From assembly GCA_963783385.1 (NCBI GenBank), contig CAWANJ010000009.1, positions 832,001 to 896,000 of the forward strand: a stretch of 64,000 bases of DNA, given 5' to 3'. The notes beneath the pieces were generated by a model, which saw nothing but the letters and a program-made list of their open reading frames with translations, did not search any database and was not told the origin of the DNA. Positions 59,766-64,000 of this stretch are shown here, one piece after another. This stretch comes from an uncultured Gemmatimonadales bacterium (GTDB lineage Bacteria; Gemmatimonadota; Gemmatimonadetes; Palauibacterales; Palauibacteraceae). A program made the translations under genes and the position numbers. Within the stretch, counting starts at the first letter, position 1, and every line of letters starts with the position of its first letter.

Positions 59766-60895
59766 TCCCGCCCCTCCGTGCCGACCGCCTCGTGCTGCGC
59801 GAGCTGAGCATGCCCCTGCGACAGCCGTTCCGCATCTCCTCGGGCGAGATGTCCGATCGGCGCGTGTTCCTCCTCGAGCTTCGCCACCCGGACGGGGCGG
59901 TGGGATGGGGCGAGTGCGTGGCGGGCACGAGGCCCAACTACAGTCCCGAGACCACCGACACGGCGTGGCTGGCCATCACCCGCTGGCTGGCGCCCCGGGC
60001 GCTGGGACGGGAGTTCGCCGGTGCCCGGGACGTGGCTCCCGTCCTCGCCGAGGACATCCGGGGGCACCTGATGGCGAAGGCCGCCGTCGAGATGAGCTTC
60101 TGGGCCCTCGAGGCCGACCTCCGGGGCGAGCCGCTGGCGCGGCTCCTGGGCGGCACGCGCGACCGGGTCGCGGCGGGCATTTCGCTGGGCATCCAGGAGA
60201 GCCCCGCCGCCCTGGCCGAGAAGGTGTCCGCGGGCCGGGACGAGGGCTACCGGCGGATCAAGGTCAAGATCGAGCCGGAACGCGACGTGGCCTTCGTGGC
60301 CGCGGCCCGGGCCGCGGCCGGACCGGACCTGCCCCTCAGCGCCGACGCCAACGCGGCCTACGGACGCGGGGACGCCGAGCGGCTCGCGGAGCTCGACCCC
60401 TTCGGCCTGGTCTACCTGGAGCAGCCGCTCGAGGCGGACGACTTCCTGGGCCTGGCGCGGCTGCAGGCGAGGCTGCGGACGCCGCTGTGCCTGGACGAGT
60501 CGATCGAGTCCGCGGCCCGGGCCGCGGACATGCTGGAGCTGGACGCCGGGCGGGTCATCAACCTCAAGCCCGGCCGTGTGGGCGGCTTCGCCTCCTCGCT
60601 GGGCATCCACGAGCTGTGCCGCGAGCGCGGTGTCCCCCTGTGGTGCGGCGGCATGCTCGAGAGCGGCATCGGTCGGGCGCACAACGTGGCGCTCGCCTCC
60701 CTGCCCGGCTTCACGCTGCCGGGCGACCTGTCGGCCAGCGCCCGCTACTGGGAGCGCGACATCGTCCGGCCCGAGTGGACGCTCGAGGCCGACGGGACGC
60801 TGCGGGTCCCGCTCGAGGAACCGGGCATCGGTGTCGCGGTCGACCTGGACCGGATCGACGATCTCACGGTGCGAAGGGAGATCCTCGAGGCCTGA
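59762..60895 (+). CDS. menC: o-succinylbenzoate synthase / N-succinylamino acid racemase
   Basis: KVK, DAN, EQP, LDES, NLKPGRVGG, WCGGMLESGIG, LPGDLSAS. Confidence 0.9.
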   Translation: MIPPLRADRLVLRELSMPLRQPFRISSGEMSDRRVFLLELRHPDGAVGWGECVAGTRPNYSPETTDTAWLAITRWLAPRALGREFAGARDVAPVLAEDIRGHLMAKAAVEMSFWALEADLRGEPLARLLGGTRDRVAAGISLGIQESPAALAEKVSAGRDEGYRRIKVKIEPERDVAFVAAARAAAGPDLPLSADANAAYGRGDAERLAELDPFGLVYLEQPLEADDFLGLARLQARLRTPLCLDESIESAARAADMLELDAGRVINLKPGRVGGFASSLGIHELCRERGVPLWCGGMLESGIGRAHNVALASLPGFTLPGDLSASARYWERDIVRPEWTLEADGTLRVPLEEPGIGVAVDLDRIDDLTVRREILEA

Positions 60896-60944
60896 GGGAT
60901 CATCGAGGCCTGGGGAGAGCCGGCCGCGGCCCCGACCCCGGGCC

Positions 60945-62324
60945 TCAGCCGGTTCGCTCGCGCACCCGGCGGACGACCTCCCGATAGCGCTCCCGGACCT
61001 CGCCGCCCTCCGGGGGGTGCCCGCCACGGGCCACGCGCCGCCCGCCCACGTAGACGTCCCCCAGGTCCGCGCGAGACGCCCCGGTGACCAGGGCATCCAG
61101 GACCGCCTCGCCCCCCTGGCCCAGCCAGGGCGCCGCGTCCTCGTCCAGCACGACGAGGTCGGCGAAGCGGCCCGGCTCCAGCAAGCCTACGGGCAGGCCG
61201 AGCGCCGCCGCGCCGCCGGCCGCGCACCGGCGCCACAGGGGACCGCCCAGCCCTTCGGCCCCGGCCAGCCGCGCCCGGGCCCCGGACGAGAGCCGCTGCC
61301 CGAACTCCAGCCAGCGCAACTCGCCGACCGCGTCGATGCGGACGTTTCCGTCCGAGCCCACCGCGATCCCGCCGCCGCTGGCGACGTGCTCCGCCGCGGG
61401 GAACAGGCCGTCCCCGAGCCACGCCTCGGTCAGGGGACACAGCGCCGTCGTGGCGCCCGCGGCGCGGATCCGGACGAGCTCGCCCGGCGTGGCGTGCGTG
61501 GCGTGCACCAGGGTCCAGCGCGCCCCGAGGGGCGCGTGCCGGTCCAGGAGGTCGATGGGCGTCGTGCCGTGCGCCGCCCGGCACGCCTCCACCTCGGCCG
61601 GCTGCTCGGACACGTGCACGTGGACCGGAAAGGCGTCGCCCAGCACCTCGCGCGCTCCCTCGAGCAGCGCCGGCAGGTGCCCCGGATCCACCGCGCGCAG
61701 CGAGTGGGGCGCCACCCCCAGGCTCCAGGCCGGTCCGGAGCGTCCGTCCCGCGCGGCCTCCTCCGATCTCCGCCGTGCCGAGAGGCCGGCGAGGAGCCGG
61801 AGGTAGCCCGGCAGTCCTCCCGCGGAGAAGGGTCGCTGCTCGGGGCGCAGGGGCTCGCCGAAGCCCCCGCGCTCGTACAGCACCGGGAGCAGGACCAGCC
61901 GGATGCCCGCGTCCCGGGCGGCGCCGAGGATGGCGTCCGCCATGTCCGCGGGACCCGCCCCGTCGGCGCCGTGGTGCAGGTAGTGGAACTCGGCCACGCT
62001 GGTGAACCCGGCGGCCAGCATCTCCCCGAACGCGAACCGGGCCACGGCCGCCACGTCTTCGGACGTGAGCGAATCCGCCAGCCCGTACATCGCCTCGCGC
62101 CAGCTCCAGAAGCTGTCCTCGCCCCGGCGCGCCTCGCCGCGGCCCGCCAGGGCCCGCTGGAAGGCGTGGCTGTGCGCGTTCGGCATGCCCGGCAGGGCCA
62201 GGTAACCGTCCCACGGGCCCGGGTCGGGCTCCACGGCCGCGATGCGACCCTCGTCGTCCACGACCAGGGCCCGGCCCTCCGCCAGGCCGCCCGGCTCGAG
62301 GAGATAGCGGAAGGAGATCCTCAT
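60945..62324 (-). CDS. hutF: Formimidoylglutamate deiminase
   Basis: PNAHSHAFQR, VAEFHYLHH, APHSLRAV, HVHVSEQ, CPLTE..LGDG, GSD. Confidence 0.93.
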   Translation of the reverse strand: MRISFRYLLEPGGLAEGRALVVDDEGRIAAVEPDPGPWDGYLALPGMPNAHSHAFQRALAGRGEARRGEDSFWSWREAMYGLADSLTSEDVAAVARFAFGEMLAAGFTSVAEFHYLHHGADGAGPADMADAILGAARDAGIRLVLLPVLYERGGFGEPLRPEQRPFSAGGLPGYLRLLAGLSARRRSEEAARDGRSGPAWSLGVAPHSLRAVDPGHLPALLEGAREVLGDAFPVHVHVSEQPAEVEACRAAHGTTPIDLLDRHAPLGARWTLVHATHATPGELVRIRAAGATTALCPLTEAWLGDGLFPAAEHVASGGGIAVGSDGNVRIDAVGELRWLEFGQRLSSGARARLAGAEGLGGPLWRRCAAGGAAALGLPVGLLEPGRFADLVVLDEDAAPWLGQGGEAVLDALVTGASRADLGDVYVGGRRVARGGHPPEGGEVRERYREVVRRVRERTG

Positions 62325-63559
62325 GCGTCCGTCCGCCACGCCACCCGGCCTCCGATGACGGTGGCGACGCAGGCGTTGGGCCGGTGGTGGTAGAGCCACG
62401 TCTCGACATCCGGCGCGTCGAGGATGGCGAAGTCGGCGGCCTTTCCCTTCTCGAGCGATCCCGCCCGCTCCTCCTCTCCGCAGGCCCGCGCCGCGATCAG
62501 GGTGGCGCCCTTGAGCGCTTCCGCGGGCGTGAGCCCACCCTGGACGCAGGCCAGCGTCATGGCCAGCGGGAGATCGTAGCTCGGAGCCGAGCCGGGGTTG
62601 AAGTCGGTCGCCACGGCCACCGCGACGCCGTCCCGCACCATGCGGCGGGCCGGAGCGGGGGGGGCGCCCAGGTAGAGCGAGGCGAGCGGGAGCGCGACGC
62701 CCACCGTGGACGCGGCCGCCAGCGCCCGGATCCCGGCGGGCGAGACGTGCTCGAGGTGGTCGGCCGAGACCGCGTCGAGCTCGGCCGCGAGCTCGGCCCC
62801 GCCGCCGTCCCGCAGCTGGTCGACGTGGAGCCGGGGCGCCATGCCGTGCTTCCGGCCCGCCTCCAGGACCCGCCGCGCGTCGGCCGGCGTGAACGCCCCC
62901 TCCTCGACGAACACGTCGCAGAAACGGGCCAGCCCCTCCTCGGCGGCCGCGGGGACGATCTCCTCGCACACCAGCCACACGTAGCCTTCGCGGTCCCCGG
63001 CGTACTCCGGCGGCACCGCATGCGCGGCCAGCAGGGTGGGCACCAGCGCCTGCGGGACGCGCTCGGCGAGGCGGCGGTAGACCCGCAGGAGCTTGATCTC
63101 CTGGTGGAGGTCGAGCCCGTAGCCGCTCTTGGCCTCCACCGTGGTGACGCCCAGGGCCAGCATCCGCTCCAGGAAACCGGCGGCGCGCTCGACCAGCTCG
63201 TCCTCCGACGTCTCGCGCGTGGCGCGCACGGTGGCGAGGATGCCGCCGCCCGCCCGCGCGATGTCAGCGTAGGTCTCGCCCCGGGCACGCCGCACGAACT
63301 CGTCGGCGCGCCACCCGCCGAAGGCCAGGTGCGTGTGGCAGTCGACCAGGCCCGGAACCACGAGGCGGCCGGCGGCGTCCAGGTCGTCGTCGGACTTCCA
63401 GGCCGCCAGGCGCCGGGGCATCTTCGCCTGCGGCCCGGCCCAGGTGATGCGGCCGTCGTCGTCCCAGGCCAGCGCGGCCTCGGGGACCGCGTGGATCTCC
63501 CCCTGCCCCCCCTCGGCCGCGCAGGTGGCCAGGAGGCCGATGTTGCGGAGGGCGGGCAC
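62321..63559 (-). CDS. hutI: Imidazolonepropionase
   Basis: PGLVDCHTHL, GGGI..TVRATR, EAKSGYGL, ATDFNPGS. Confidence 0.95.
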   Translation of the reverse strand: MPALRNIGLLATCAAEGGQGEIHAVPEAALAWDDDGRITWAGPQAKMPRRLAAWKSDDDLDAAGRLVVPGLVDCHTHLAFGGWRADEFVRRARGETYADIARAGGGILATVRATRETSEDELVERAAGFLERMLALGVTTVEAKSGYGLDLHQEIKLLRVYRRLAERVPQALVPTLLAAHAVPPEYAGDREGYVWLVCEEIVPAAAEEGLARFCDVFVEEGAFTPADARRVLEAGRKHGMAPRLHVDQLRDGGGAELAAELDAVSADHLEHVSPAGIRALAAASTVGVALPLASLYLGAPPAPARRMVRDGVAVAVATDFNPGSAPSYDLPLAMTLACVQGGLTPAEALKGATLIAARACGEEERAGSLEKGKAADFAILDAPDVETWLYHHRPNACVATVIGGRVAWRTDA

Positions 63560-63560
63560 C

Positions 63561-64000
63561 TCAGCCGATCCCGGAGGCCGGGGGACCGTCCAGCATGGGG
63601 ACGTCGACGCCCCGCTCGCGGGCCGTGTGGATGGCCTCCTCGTAGCCGGCGTCAGCGTGGCGCGCCACGCCCGAGCCCGGGTCGGCCGTGAGCACCCGCT
63701 CCAGCCGCCGGTCGGCCATCTCCGAGCCCTCGGCCACGCACACCATGCCCCCGTGGATCGAGTAGCCGATCCCGACGCCTCCGCCGTGGTGCAGGGACAC
63801 CCAGCTGGCGCCGCACGCCGTGTTGAGGAGGGCGTTGAGCAGCGGCCAGTCGGCGATCGCGTCGGAGCCGTCCTTCATCCCCTCCGTCTCCCGGTTGGGC
63901 GAAGCCACCGAGCCCGTGTCCAGGTGGTCGCGGCCGATCACGATGGGGGCGTCCACCTTCCCCTTCCGGACCAGCCAGTTGAAGCGCAGCCCCATCTCGG
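63561..64000 (-). CDS. hutU: Urocanate hydratase, C-terminal part (runs off the window)
   Basis: [28 protein letters not shown] and HHGGGVG.G. Confidence 0.96.
   Translation of the reverse strand, partial: EMGLRFNWLVRKGKVDAPIVIGRDHLDTGSVASPNRETEGMKDGSDAIADWPLLNALLNTACGASWVSLHHGGGVGIGYSIHGGMVCVAEGSEMADRRLERVLTADPGSGVARHADAGYEEAIHTARERGVDVPMLDGPPASGIG

Overview
High-GC bacterial DNA. The gene content (barrel-less TonB-plug proteins, M28-PDZ peptidase, S9 peptidase) suggests Gemmatimonadota, which is an inference. From left to right the window holds six blocks. (1) The end of a V/A-type ATPase operon (C, F, A, B, D). (2) A ~20 kb respiratory/extracellular electron transfer cluster at 5.1-24.7 kb. 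It contains a canonical Rieske/cytochrome b pair and a second pair in which the Rieske has lost all four [2Fe-2S] ligands and the cytochrome b has lost PEWY. It also has two paralogous 9-heme cytochromes, a lipoprotein-cytochrome/porin/16-heme conduit, a ~22-heme NapC/NirT-type anchored cytochrome, a split CbcL-like pair and a B12 radical SAM enzyme. (3) An ECF sigma factor with an anti-sigma/Ogt fusion, and feoAB. (4) A Cyc2-type cytochrome-porin with a monoheme cytochrome, a cupredoxin and a diheme cytochrome. (5) A decayed ~10.8 kb island at a tRNA-Ser(TGA), containing a 49-bp perfect direct repeat. (6) Housekeeping genes (MFS, lepB, S9, OsmC, EamA, DASS, GNAT/menC, hutF/I/U). A 17-bp palindrome (GTVGGG-N5-CCCBAC), often in arrays spaced 24 bp apart, lies upstream of the redox operons. 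Several single-base frameshifts look like sequencing errors. All family calls come from motif recognition by eye; no database searches were run.
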